Source: a bacterium
GTDB lineage: Bacteria > Patescibacteriota > Saccharimonadia > Saccharimonadales > UBA4665
DNA length: 64,000 bases
Assembly (NCBI GenBank): GCA_021833065.1
Contig: JAKBGO010000002.1
Location: forward strand, 11,493 to 75,492
Direction of reading: 5' to 3'
A program made the position numbers and the translations under genes. Below the pieces are notes generated by a model. That model was not told the DNA's origin and did not search any database. It saw only the letters and a program-made list of their open reading frames with translations. Positions 38,223 through 47,573 of the stretch are shown piece after piece. The number at the start of each line of letters is the position of its first letter. Position 1 is the first letter of the stretch.

Positions 38223-38627
38223 ATGCCGGAAGTTAGAGAAAAAGCTCATAGACATCACGTATTATTCTGTAAAAGTACTCATAACATATTTGAACCGGCT
38301 AAAAAACTTAGATCAAACCCCTCGTTAATTATTCCAATGAGACTAGAAGATCATAACGCCCTTCACCATGAGGTCTCTCAGGTGCCGATATTATCGATGC
38401 ATGCGGCTCAAAAGGTCCTGGAGCTTTATCAGGCAAATCCCGAGTGCCATATTGAGAGTGTCACAAATCTAATTGATTCGTATTCCACTGTGGCTAAAAT
38501 GGATGGCCTCGATATTATAGAAAAACAGATAGCAACCGTTGCTGTAAACGCCCTGTTCGCTCAGCTACCCTTCATCAAGCGTGGTCTGTTATTGCCATCA
38601 AATGAAATTAATCTCCTTGTAGCTTAA
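38223..38627 (+). CDS. hypothetical protein (His-rich N-terminus)
   Basis: 134-aa ORF preceded by GAAGGGAAAA; no confident family. Confidence 0.45.
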   Translation: MPEVREKAHRHHVLFCKSTHNIFEPAKKLRSNPSLIIPMRLEDHNALHHEVSQVPILSMHAAQKVLELYQANPECHIESVTNLIDSYSTVAKMDGLDIIEKQIATVAVNALFAQLPFIKRGLLLPSNEINLLVA

Positions 38628-38858
38628 GCTTGCTCAACAAATAAAATTTCATAATTTATCCGAGGCTGATATTTTACTGCCGTAATCCTCTTCGAAGTCT
38701 CAAATTAGTTCGGATATTATAGTAGAGCCAGCAATCTCTTATTTAAAGAATTGGCATCAAACTCTAGTTCTAAAGAACTTAATCATACTGACAGTCCAAG
38801 TCATATTTTTTCCGAAAAATCCTTTAAAAATATCACTTTATTTAATCTGACAAAATAA

Positions 38859-39509
38859 CTAAAGGTTAGTACCCAATTCGTCTTCTATTTTACAAAAATC
38901 TTTGATTATTATATCTTTTCTACCAATTTCGACTAACCCATTTTTTTTCAGTTTATTTAGTTCATGACTAACGGTCTCCCTAGAAAGACCGGATCTTTTA
39001 GCTAGTTCGTTTTCAGACATTGCAAGAATCAAGCTGCCGTCTTTTTGTTTCTTGCAGAATCTTTTGCATTCGACAGTCAGTTCAAACAAGACCCTGATAT
39101 AACCGGAACTTGCCATAAGATGAGCCATTCGGCGCTGGATCCCGTTTGATCCGGACAATAATCTTGAAACTATGTTAAAAGAAACCTCGTTATTTGATTT
39201 TATAAAATCCACTACCTCACCTACCGGTGCCAACCGCGCTTCGACCGGTCCCATGCAGTCGAAAAAATAAATATTCGGGGTTTGATTTATTATCCAAGTT
39301 AAAGGTAAAAAAGATCCTTCTTTAAAAACATTGACTACCACCTCATTTCCGCTGTTTGATATGTCATATTGTCTGACATTACCGCTTACAAGGTAAAAAG
39401 CATAGGCCGGATTATCACCTGCTTGAATAATGATTTGATGATCCTCATATTTTCTGAGAGGATACCTACAAAAAAAATCATCAATCTTCTTAAAAGCCAA
39501 ATCCTTCAC
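38859..39509 (-). CDS. Crp/Fnr-family transcriptional regulator
   Basis: N-terminal cNMP-binding-like beta-roll and a C-terminal HTH (ELAKRSGLSRETVSHELNKLKKNGLV). Confidence 0.85.
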   Translation of the reverse strand: MKDLAFKKIDDFFCRYPLRKYEDHQIIIQAGDNPAYAFYLVSGNVRQYDISNSGNEVVVNVFKEGSFLPLTWIINQTPNIYFFDCMGPVEARLAPVGEVVDFIKSNNEVSFNIVSRLLSGSNGIQRRMAHLMASSGYIRVLFELTVECKRFCKKQKDGSLILAMSENELAKRSGLSRETVSHELNKLKKNGLVEIGRKDIIIKDFCKIEDELGTNL

Positions 39510-39632
39510 CTATAGAGTCCTTTCCCTATAAGTATACACCCGAAAGTCAATGTCCTGCTTCATTGTTAATTGCTTCATAGACTAATCTTTTCATCCGGAT
39601 AATAATGAAAATATCTAAATGGAGGGAAAAAC

Positions 39633-39665
39633 ATGAACGAGGAGGTGAAACAAAAGTCGACTTAA
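39633..39665 (+). promoter_or_regulatory. 10-codon upstream mini-ORF in the leader of the stress operon
   Basis: ATGAACGAGGAGGTGAAACAAAAGTCGACTTAA (MNEEVKQKST*), preceded by GGAGGG with 7-nt spacing. The direct repeat TGCTTCAT at 39556-39563 and 39571-39578 lies upstream. Confidence 0.3.
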
Positions 39666-39697
39666 AAAATATTTGTTTATTTTAAGGAGGATTTTAC

Positions 39698-39901
39698 ATG
39701 GTCAGTCCAAAAAACCGAACAATGTGGGATAAATTTGATGATGGTGACTCGGACGCCAGCTATGCCTACCGACAAATGATTTCCAGAGTCAGAAGGAGAG
39801 CCGATGCCCTCCAGGCTAGGCGATGGAAAAAATTAAGTCATCACATGAGTATTAATCCCTTTATAGACAGTAAGGTTAGACATGGAGGAGGTTTATTATG
39901 A
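39698..39901 (+). CDS. hypothetical small basic protein
   Basis: 67-aa ORF with a strong SD (AAGGAGGA); its stop overlaps the next start (ATGA). Confidence 0.55.
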   Translation: MVSPKNRTMWDKFDDGDSDASYAYRQMISRVRRRADALQARRWKKLSHHMSINPFIDSKVRHGGGLL

Positions 39902-40293
39902 AACTTTCATGGAGAGATATAGTCACAACACTTTTAGTAGTTGGTGGAGGAACCCTAGTTTGGGCTAAATATTACAGTTATTCTTGGGCAATGATTGGAA
40001 GCTGGAGATCAGCCACCGCAGTTATTGCATTGGGTGGACTACTTCTATTTGCATTTACTAATTTTGATTTCAATAATTTTAGTATTGCTAATGTTTTGGA
40101 AATGATACTTGGTGGCGCAGCTTTAGTTTTGGCAGTTTGGGGAATGACAGTAGTCAATCATGCCGTATTCTATTCATTGGCAGCCACCCTTGGATTAACG
40201 TGGTTAGTAGATATAGCCAGACACATTCGTCACAGTGCTATAGAAAGCGGAACCCAAGGAAGCAGTACTTCTCACGCCGCACCGGTACACTAG
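39898..40293 (+). CDS. membrane protein (four predicted TM helices)
   Basis: 131-aa ORF with SD GGAGGAGG and hydrophobic helices. Confidence 0.55.
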   Translation: MKLSWRDIVTTLLVVGGGTLVWAKYYSYSWAMIGSWRSATAVIALGGLLLFAFTNFDFNNFSIANVLEMILGGAALVLAVWGMTVVNHAVFYSLAATLGLTWLVDIARHIRHSAIESGTQGSSTSHAAPVH

Positions 40294-40338
40294 AATTATA
40301 TCAACTACTTTAGAGGATTAAGTAAAGGAGGGTTAGCT

Positions 40339-40770
40339 ATGCAGTTAGTTAAAACCAATCCACTCGCCGATTTGGAGAGAATGGAAAAAGAAATGGATAA
40401 ATTATGGCAAAATGGCTGGGGAATTATGCCTTCATCATTCGTGAATCAAACCACCACGGACATGTATGAAGAAAACGGTAAACTGGTCACTGAAGTTACC
40501 TTGCCTAATTTTAGTAAAAATGAAATTAGTGTAAAAGTTAACGAAGGTGTTTTGGAGGTCTCGGCAAAACACCAGGACAAGAAGGAGAAAGAGACAAAGA
40601 GACAATATTACTTTAGAGAAACCAGTGATAGCTATCTTAGAAAAGTTACTCTGCCGGAAGCAGCAAATTCCGAGAAAGTCGATGCTAAGTTTGACAACGG
40701 TGTGCTTAGGATTAGTATGCCGCTAACAAACGTTCCGGAATTAAATTCTAAAGAAGTGGAAGTAAAGTAG
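40339..40770 (+). CDS. Hsp20/alpha-crystallin family small heat-shock protein
   Basis: An alpha-crystallin domain ending in DAKFDNGVLRISMP; SD AAAGGAGGG. Confidence 0.9.
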   Translation: MQLVKTNPLADLERMEKEMDKLWQNGWGIMPSSFVNQTTTDMYEENGKLVTEVTLPNFSKNEISVKVNEGVLEVSAKHQDKKEKETKRQYYFRETSDSYLRKVTLPEAANSEKVDAKFDNGVLRISMPLTNVPELNSKEVEVK

Positions 40771-40783
40771 GAGGTAACACTTT

Positions 40784-41470
40784 ATGATCTACCTAAACCG
40801 TCAACAGGCAGGCATACTACTAGCCGAAAGATTAAGTCACTATAAGGAGGATGGTGACGTAGTGGTTTATGCCCTGCCCAGAGGCGGCGTAGTTGTCGGA
40901 GCTGAAATAGCCGAGGAACTCGGTTGCCCTTTGGGCGTTATCCTGGTTAGAAAAATAAGCCACCCTTTCTGGGCGGAATACGCCATTGGAGCAGTCGCTG
41001 AACATGATCGGCCGGTCTATAATCTGGACGAGGTATCGACTATCAATAAAGACTGGCTCAAAAAATCCGAAAACACTGCCCGACTGATAATTCAAAACCG
41101 AAGAAAAATTTATTTTCCGAAAGGCTATAAAGCTCCACCCATTAAAGATAAAATTGTCGTCCTTGTCGATGATGGAATAGCCACTGGCTATACCATGAGA
41201 GCAGCTCTTCACTACATAAACAAACATCATCCAAAATATGTAGTCGTCGCGACCGCAGTCGCCTCATTGGACAGTATTGGACCGATAAAAGACTATTCAG
41301 ATAGATTAGTTATACTCGATAAACCAAAAAATTTCCTCGGAACAGTAGGACTACATTTCAAAGAATTTGAACAAGTAAGCGATGAAGAAGTTGAAGAACT
41401 TCTAAGGGAGGTAAGTAATGATGCAAAGCAAAATCAGATTGCCGCGCCTAGACAACATAGTTTGGCTTGA
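40784..41470 (+). CDS. phosphoribosyltransferase-family protein
   Basis: PRPP-binding loop VVLVDDGIATGYTMRAAL; SD GTAGGAGG. Confidence 0.85.
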   Translation: MIYLNRQQAGILLAERLSHYKEDGDVVVYALPRGGVVVGAEIAEELGCPLGVILVRKISHPFWAEYAIGAVAEHDRPVYNLDEVSTINKDWLKKSENTARLIIQNRRKIYFPKGYKAPPIKDKIVVLVDDGIATGYTMRAALHYINKHHPKYVVVATAVASLDSIGPIKDYSDRLVILDKPKNFLGTVGLHFKEFEQVSDEEVEELLREVSNDAKQNQIAAPRQHSLA

Positions 41471-41690
41471 ACAATTGGCTCAACCATTCCCGGTGTCAGC
41501 AGCCAAAATTAAGGAAATTGCACTGGACTGGGAATTTGGTAAGGTAACACTGGAATTCTTAGATCAATTCGAAGATAATGAAATTTTTGAAAGTGGCGAG
41601 GATTTTTTCAATCGTTGCAGCGAAATGGAATTGTTAATCAAAGAAGAAAGTAAAATGCCGGCTGAAAAGTTAAGAAATCCGCTTGATTAG
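41418..41690 (+). CDS. hypothetical protein, DUF2795-like
   Basis: 90-aa ORF with SD AAGGGAGG that overlaps the PRTase 3' end by 53 nt. The pattern FPVSAAKIKEIALDWEFGKVTLEFLDQFEDNEIFES resembles DUF2795 as I remember it. Confidence 0.45.
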   Translation: MMQSKIRLPRLDNIVWLEQLAQPFPVSAAKIKEIALDWEFGKVTLEFLDQFEDNEIFESGEDFFNRCSEMELLIKEESKMPAEKLRNPLD

Positions 41691-41710
41691 TATTTAAAAA
41701 GGAGGGGTCT

Positions 41711-42547
41711 ATGAAAGGTTATCCTACCAGACAACAACTTTTGAAATTGAAAAGTTTTAAGAGCCCCAATTGTCTGAGTATTTATTCGCCGTACCTAAGT
41801 CCAAACAGTCCGACTAATCCCAATAAGATAGAGTTTGGAAATCTATTTAAAGACGTCAAAGAAAAACTTATTGAATCCGGGCTTGAAAAAAAAGAGATTA
41901 AAAAAATGTTATTGCCGGTTCAGAAAATGATTAAAAATCATGAGTTTTGGCCAACCAAAAAACAAAGTTTGGTAGCATTCGTACACCCTGACTTTTTTGT
42001 TTTTTATCATATTGACGACACCAATTTTGAACCTTCAGTTTATCTATCGAAAGGGTTCGTTCTGAAGCCACTGGAGAAAACCATGAATAAAAACAGATCA
42101 TACATATTACTATCACTCAGCCACAACAAAGTGGAAATTTTTGAAGGAGATCTATATGATATCAGGAAAGTTCATCTTAAAAACTTTTCCACCAATATGA
42201 AATCGGCTCTGAATATTGGTGAATACAACAAGCTAAGGGGCATGCACGAGATTGCTCCATCCTATATGGGGAAGGGTTCAGAGGCATTTCATGGACACTA
42301 CAATGTCAAAGAAACTGATAAAATTATGTTACTTGAGTTCTTTAGACTGATTGATAAAAAACTTCATGGCATTTTAGTTAAGAAGAACAAACCGTTGATT
42401 CTCGCAGGGGTCAACCACTTAATTCCAATCTATCGAAAAGTAAACACCTATCCGAAAATTTTTTCCAAATACATCAGGGGTAATCTTAACTACTCTGACC
42501 TAAAAACCATTCACCAAAGAGCGATAAAGATTGTTCAGTCTACTTAA
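41711..42547 (+). CDS. hypothetical protein resembling bacterial aeRF1-like (baeRF) families
   Basis: The N-terminal pattern L..LKSFKSPNCLSIYSPY..PNSPTNPNKIEFGNLFKDVKEKL...EFWPTKKQSLVAFV matches the '...VSIYLPT....QN.IRLKNL...FW..Q..GLA.F' signature I recall for baeRF proteins. SD AAGGAGGGG. Confidence 0.45.
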   Translation: MKGYPTRQQLLKLKSFKSPNCLSIYSPYLSPNSPTNPNKIEFGNLFKDVKEKLIESGLEKKEIKKMLLPVQKMIKNHEFWPTKKQSLVAFVHPDFFVFYHIDDTNFEPSVYLSKGFVLKPLEKTMNKNRSYILLSLSHNKVEIFEGDLYDIRKVHLKNFSTNMKSALNIGEYNKLRGMHEIAPSYMGKGSEAFHGHYNVKETDKIMLLEFFRLIDKKLHGILVKKNKPLILAGVNHLIPIYRKVNTYPKIFSKYIRGNLNYSDLKTIHQRAIKIVQST

Positions 42548-44654
42548 ACTTTTTTTGGTTGGGCCACCAGACTTTTCTATCTAGGTCGTAAGCTATCGAA
42601 GTAACGAGAAGTGATCTGATAATTAGAGTATCCAATAAAACTCCAAAGGCTACTATAAAGGCAATCTCAGCCAAAAATAGTATTGGAATTACACCAAGAG
42701 CAGCGAATGTGGCAGCCAGAACGACTCCTGCAGAAGTTATAACACTACCGGTCATACTAAGTCCCTTAAGTACTCCAAATCTGGTAGAATGCTTGATTGA
42801 TTCTTCTCTGATTCTCGTCATTAAGAAGATATTGTAATCAACTCCTAAGGCTACTAGGAAAATAAAACCGAAAAGCGGTACCGATGGATCTGAACCAGGA
42901 AAATGGAATACATGATTAAAAAACAAAGCTGATATGGCTATGGTACTGGCGTAACTAAGCACCACCGATAAAATTAAGACTATTGGTGCCAGAATGGAAC
43001 GAAGTAACAGTATCAAAATTATAAAAATGACCACCAAAACAATCGGGATTATGACATGCAAGTCTCGACTGGCAGCAGTATTAACATCAAGCTGAATAGC
43101 TGTATTTCCACCAACCAAAACAGCTGGATCGTACTGCTTTAGTGAAATTCTAATATCCTTAATAAAATTCTGAGCTGACGATGACTGTGCCTGATAATTA
43201 ATGGTTGTTTGTATCAAGACTTTATTATCGTAGACAATTGGTACTTCTTTTTTAGTCAATGGATTGAAACTGGAAACAATTATCGATGAAGAGACAGCTG
43301 AATTTCGACTTAAATCGGATATTATTTTACTTGCGGATTTTTCCGAAGCAATAATTTCCACCGGATTACCCGATCCGGCCGGGAAGAAAGTTCCGAGTAA
43401 ATTTTGACCCTGAACAGCTGGAGGGTTACCCATAATTGTTTCAGTTTGGGTTACTCCCGAAGCCTTAAATGTCGGTAGCGCAAAAGCAATTAAAATTAAT
43501 AGTGAAACAGATATGACAATCCAAATTTTTCTATAATGCTTCTCAACAAAAGCAGCGACCTTACTCCAGAATTTTGAATAGACATTATAGCTGCTGGCAT
43601 CTTCTTTTTTGACCAGACTAGGCTCAAGCTTAACTTTGAGGGGCCAAAAAGCTTTTCGACCGAAAAGCAACAATAGAGACGGGAAAAAAGTCATCGCTAC
43701 CAAAAATGAAACAATAATACCTATCGCGGCAATCGGACCAAGGCTTCGATTGGAATTAAGCGAAGAAAACAAAAGACTAAACAATGCAGTGACAACTGTG
43801 GCGGCAGCAGCCAATATTGGTTCCCAGGAAGCTAACAAGGTTTGCTTGACAGCTTCTATCTTTGAATCAAACTCATGTAATTTTTCTTTAAAACGGGACA
43901 ATATAAGAATGGAATAATCAGTTGTTGCCCCAATCACCAATATTGATAAGATTCCTTGGCTTTCACCGTTCAAATCGACTACATTGTGGGATGCCAGTGC
44001 AAAAACCACCATAATTGATCCGGACAAAGCGAACACAGAGCTAAGTAGCACCAGAAAAGGTAGAAGTATCGATCTATAAACCAGTAGCAAGATTACGAGC
44101 ACCGAAATTATTGCCACATACGTCAAAATACCGTTTATACCGTTAAATGCCGTTGAGAACGCATTGACAATTCCGGCCGGTCCGGTGACATAGGATTTCA
44201 GATTTGATGGTTTATTGGTGTTGATTATTTTTTTAACAGCGTTTATTGAAGGAGTGTTATCGGTGACAGCTTTAATCGGTACAAATATCTCAGCAGCTAA
44301 CCCATCCCGAGAAAATATCGGACCAATTACGCCCGAAGTCTTACTTAAGGCAAGGTCTGGTACCTGGCTGGTTAACTGAGGTATTAATGATTTCAAATAG
44401 GAAATATTTGTAGTCGTCTTAATAGGCTGATTTGAAGTAAATAGCAATATTGCCGGTAAAGTATTTGACTGACTGAAATGACTTATCTGGTCCTCGACCA
44501 AAGTCGATTGAGCCGTTTTAGGTAAGAAAGATGACTCGGCATTATTTGAAAGTCCGTTAATTTTACCAAATGTTGGACCCCCCAAGCCGGCGATAACCAA
44601 CCAAAAACCTATAATTAGGATTGCCAACAGATAGAACTTTTTTCTATTTTTCAT
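42540..44654 (-). CDS. MMPL-family (RND superfamily) transporter
   Basis: 704 aa with two 6-TM bundles and two extracytoplasmic loops; the duplicated pattern RFKE.../RIREE... is typical of MMPL. Confidence 0.9.
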   Translation of the reverse strand: MKNRKKFYLLAILIIGFWLVIAGLGGPTFGKINGLSNNAESSFLPKTAQSTLVEDQISHFSQSNTLPAILLFTSNQPIKTTTNISYLKSLIPQLTSQVPDLALSKTSGVIGPIFSRDGLAAEIFVPIKAVTDNTPSINAVKKIINTNKPSNLKSYVTGPAGIVNAFSTAFNGINGILTYVAIISVLVILLLVYRSILLPFLVLLSSVFALSGSIMVVFALASHNVVDLNGESQGILSILVIGATTDYSILILSRFKEKLHEFDSKIEAVKQTLLASWEPILAAAATVVTALFSLLFSSLNSNRSLGPIAAIGIIVSFLVAMTFFPSLLLLFGRKAFWPLKVKLEPSLVKKEDASSYNVYSKFWSKVAAFVEKHYRKIWIVISVSLLILIAFALPTFKASGVTQTETIMGNPPAVQGQNLLGTFFPAGSGNPVEIIASEKSASKIISDLSRNSAVSSSIIVSSFNPLTKKEVPIVYDNKVLIQTTINYQAQSSSAQNFIKDIRISLKQYDPAVLVGGNTAIQLDVNTAASRDLHVIIPIVLVVIFIILILLLRSILAPIVLILSVVLSYASTIAISALFFNHVFHFPGSDPSVPLFGFIFLVALGVDYNIFLMTRIREESIKHSTRFGVLKGLSMTGSVITSAGVVLAATFAALGVIPILFLAEIAFIVAFGVLLDTLIIRSLLVTSIAYDLDRKVWWPNQKKFK

Positions 44655-44666
44655 CTCACAATTATT

Positions 44667-45296
44667 CTATTGTATTTTTGAAATTAAAGGAAGTCTTTTA
44701 AAGTATGAATCATTTTTCAGCATAATAATTATAGCCCGAGCGACTTCTTTTCTAGATACCAAGACTTTTGCCGGACCATTATCGGTTAATGAAAAATCGG
44801 ACTCATAAAGATCGTGTAATTTTAAAACTCTGAGTATTGTCCAATCCAACTCGGAATGTCGAATCAAATCTGCGTGAGAAATTCCATCTTTAATACGATT
44901 GGGGTCAATTAGCTTTATGGAGAAATTCAAAAATAAATCAATCAAAGTAATCTTATCACCAGTCATCCTAACGCCGTTTCCGGTTAAACTGATAAGTCTT
45001 GAGATCCCTTGCTTTTTCATGGCTTTAATGACGTTTGTTATTGCTAAAGTTTGAAGATTGGCGGGTGATTTTCTGCCATGACCGATCAAGCTGACTACAG
45101 CCTGACATCCGGAAATTAAGTTTTCAATTTCATCAAAATTCAAGGCGTTGCATTTAACTATTTCAAGATTAGGACTAGTCGATTTTATTTTATTTAATCG
45201 ATTGATTCCGGCTTTTATCTCGAATGAATCTTCCAATGCCAGCTGAACAAATTTCAGACCACTTTTACCGCTCGCACCAATTACCGCAAGCTTCAT
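44667..45296 (-). CDS. NAD(P)H-binding (NmrA/SDR-like) protein
   Basis: N-terminal Rossmann motif MKLAVIGASGKSG. Confidence 0.8.
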   Translation of the reverse strand: MKLAVIGASGKSGLKFVQLALEDSFEIKAGINRLNKIKSTSPNLEIVKCNALNFDEIENLISGCQAVVSLIGHGRKSPANLQTLAITNVIKAMKKQGISRLISLTGNGVRMTGDKITLIDLFLNFSIKLIDPNRIKDGISHADLIRHSELDWTILRVLKLHDLYESDFSLTDNGPAKVLVSRKEVARAIIIMLKNDSYFKRLPLISKIQ

Positions 45297-45299
45297 GAC

Positions 45300-45692
45300 T
45301 TAACGCAACAACCCCATAACAACCAGGCTAGTTAAAGAAGTAATCACAACACCCCAGGACATATCGATAACAGTTATCACACTTGACCATTTTTTCAATA
45401 TCGCCTGGGAAGTTAAGTCAAAAGTGGCATATGTCATCAAACCATACATCGAGCTGCTCACAAGATATTTTTGCCAACCATTATATTGGTTGGGATAGAT
45501 AACAAAAAACAGTAGCCCAACTATAAAAAGAAAGTAAAAAACAGCTGCTGCTACAAAATTAGGTTTTGAAGCTAATACCTCTTTCAAATAATGTTTATAC
45601 AATTTTGGCGAGACCTTCCCGAGCCATATGCTGTCAAGCAACAGGAACACTGCTAGGGTTAAAAAATAGATTACTATCGGATTGTATTTCAT
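45300..45692 (-). CDS. DUF2177-family membrane protein
   Basis: 130 aa; LLLDSIWLGKV...YKHYL...FYFLFIVGLLFFVIYP pattern. Confidence 0.6.
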   Translation of the reverse strand: MKYNPIVIYFLTLAVFLLLDSIWLGKVSPKLYKHYLKEVLASKPNFVAAAVFYFLFIVGLLFFVIYPNQYNGWQKYLVSSSMYGLMTYATFDLTSQAILKKWSSVITVIDMSWGVVITSLTSLVVMGLLR

Positions 45693-45695
45693 AAT

Positions 45696-46469
45696 TTAAA
45701 TTTTCTTTGGTGGCCAAGGGATGATCACAGAAGTAATTTTAACATATTGATTGTATTTTGAGTTACCTTTGAGTCTTTTTTCAGCCAATGGAATACCCGA
45801 TACGAACAAAATAAGAACTGACAAGAGGAGGGGAGAGAAGACCGTTAAAACCTCAACGTTAAGCCCGAAACAAATTAACCATATCGACCACCATTGGACT
45901 AATTCACCGAAATAGTTAGGGTGGCGAGAGTATCGCCAAAGACCGGAATTAAGTATTTCATCCTTCCCTGTCTTTTTCTTAATAAAACTGCTCATCTGAT
46001 AGTCGGCAACCGACTCTGTTAAGAATCCGATAAGCCAGATAAAAATTCCGGCATCGACAGCCCAATTAATCAAAACGATATTCTGGCCTCGAAGTACCAT
46101 AATGACCGGTATTGCAATCAAAAAAGCCAACAGTCCCTGGAAAAAAAAATTAAAAATCAGGCTTTTGAGATAGAAACTATTTCCCCATTTTTCCCTGAAT
46201 TCAACGTAACGCCTATCTTCCTTTTTAGATTTTAAAAGCCTCCCAAAAATATGAAAACTTAACCTAAACCCCCAAACATTAATCAAGAAAGCTAGGGTTA
46301 ATTTGGCTGTAGTGGTCTGATTTATACTAAATAACAAGTAATCAGTAATGGCCACAAAATATAAACCCCAAAAAACATCGGCAATTGAAGAATTTTTTAT
46401 CACCAATGAAATCAAATAACCTATTACAGAAATGCCTAAAATAATTAGTAGATAATTAAGATAAACCAT
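45696..46469 (-). CDS. DUF1295-family membrane protein (steroid-5-alpha-reductase/ICMT-like)
   Basis: Multi-TM protein with the C-terminal SRHPNYFGE motif. Confidence 0.75.
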   Translation of the reverse strand: MVYLNYLLIILGISVIGYLISLVIKNSSIADVFWGLYFVAITDYLLFSINQTTTAKLTLAFLINVWGFRLSFHIFGRLLKSKKEDRRYVEFREKWGNSFYLKSLIFNFFFQGLLAFLIAIPVIMVLRGQNIVLINWAVDAGIFIWLIGFLTESVADYQMSSFIKKKTGKDEILNSGLWRYSRHPNYFGELVQWWSIWLICFGLNVEVLTVFSPLLLSVLILFVSGIPLAEKRLKGNSKYNQYVKITSVIIPWPPKKI

Positions 46470-46511
46470 GCTACTTTATTGTATGCCGTAAATGGGTTGG
46501 ATAACAAATAT

Positions 46512-47477
46512 TTAAGATCTGAACCTAGCAAAGGTATCACCGGGTATCCAATTACCATGTTCATCCTGAGATACGCCAGTTAATTTGTCCTGATAATCAG
46601 TAATAGCTGTAAACGCCACATGCAACTCACCTTGGCCAACAATTGCATGAGGAAATAAAACTCTTCCCAGTTCACCACGATCAATCGCTAATCTTTTTTC
46701 TAGTGGCCGATCGGTTTGCGGATCCCACATTAACTGACTTCCGCCACCCAAGATTTCAACGGCAGCCGTAGTAATTACGCCCTCGGGTGATCCACCGGAA
46801 CCATATAATACATCGATGCCACTTTCATCAAAGCAGGTACTGATAGCCGGAAGAACATCTCCGCCCGATAGGCCGATTACCCTGGCTCCGATTCGTGAAG
46901 CGGCAGATATTATCTCGCTATTTCTATCTCTTAATAGCGAAGCGACCGTCAACTCTGAGGCTTTCTTTCCAAGAGCTTCGGCAATTAACCTTAAGTTCTT
47001 TTCAGGATCAGCATCAATTCTTACATCACCTCCAATGGATAACAAATCTTTTGCCTTGGGTCCAACAAACAGTTTTTTCATATATCTTATGCCAGACCAT
47101 GGTATCATCGAATCCTTTTTAGTTAGAGCGACAATCGATAATCCGCCCTCCTGGCCATTTGCTACAAACGTGGTTCCCTCAATCGGATCAACCGCTAAAT
47201 CATACATACTGTCAAAATTTTCTCCCAATATATCACCGTGAGCCAACATGGGAGCCTCATCTTTTACTCCTTCACCCATTACCACCTCGCAACTAAACAC
47301 ATCATTTTCTGCCAAAACCCTGGTAATGGCATCAACTGCCGCTTGGTCGGCCAATATTTTGTCACCCTTACCAATATATGGTGCAACTGCTACGGCTGCT
47401 TCTTTGGTTGCGGTTGTCAAAACTTCTTGAATCAATAGGTTATTTGCTGGGCTATTAATAGATCTGGTCTGTAACAC
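46512..47477 (-). CDS. glpX: class II fructose-1,6-bisphosphatase
   Basis: GKGDK, AVDPIEGTT and GGxPEGV motifs of GlpX. Confidence 0.9.
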   Translation of the reverse strand: MLQTRSINSPANNLLIQEVLTTATKEAAVAVAPYIGKGDKILADQAAVDAITRVLAENDVFSCEVVMGEGVKDEAPMLAHGDILGENFDSMYDLAVDPIEGTTFVANGQEGGLSIVALTKKDSMIPWSGIRYMKKLFVGPKAKDLLSIGGDVRIDADPEKNLRLIAEALGKKASELTVASLLRDRNSEIISAASRIGARVIGLSGGDVLPAISTCFDESGIDVLYGSGGSPEGVITTAAVEILGGGSQLMWDPQTDRPLEKRLAIDRGELGRVLFPHAIVGQGELHVAFTAITDYQDKLTGVSQDEHGNWIPGDTFARFRS

Positions 47478-47573
47478 TTTTAATCCTTTTTTAAAATGGT
47501 ATTTTAAATTTTAATGCAAATTAAATTTCTTTGCTTGATATATAAATGATATAATAATGACGAAATATAGATA

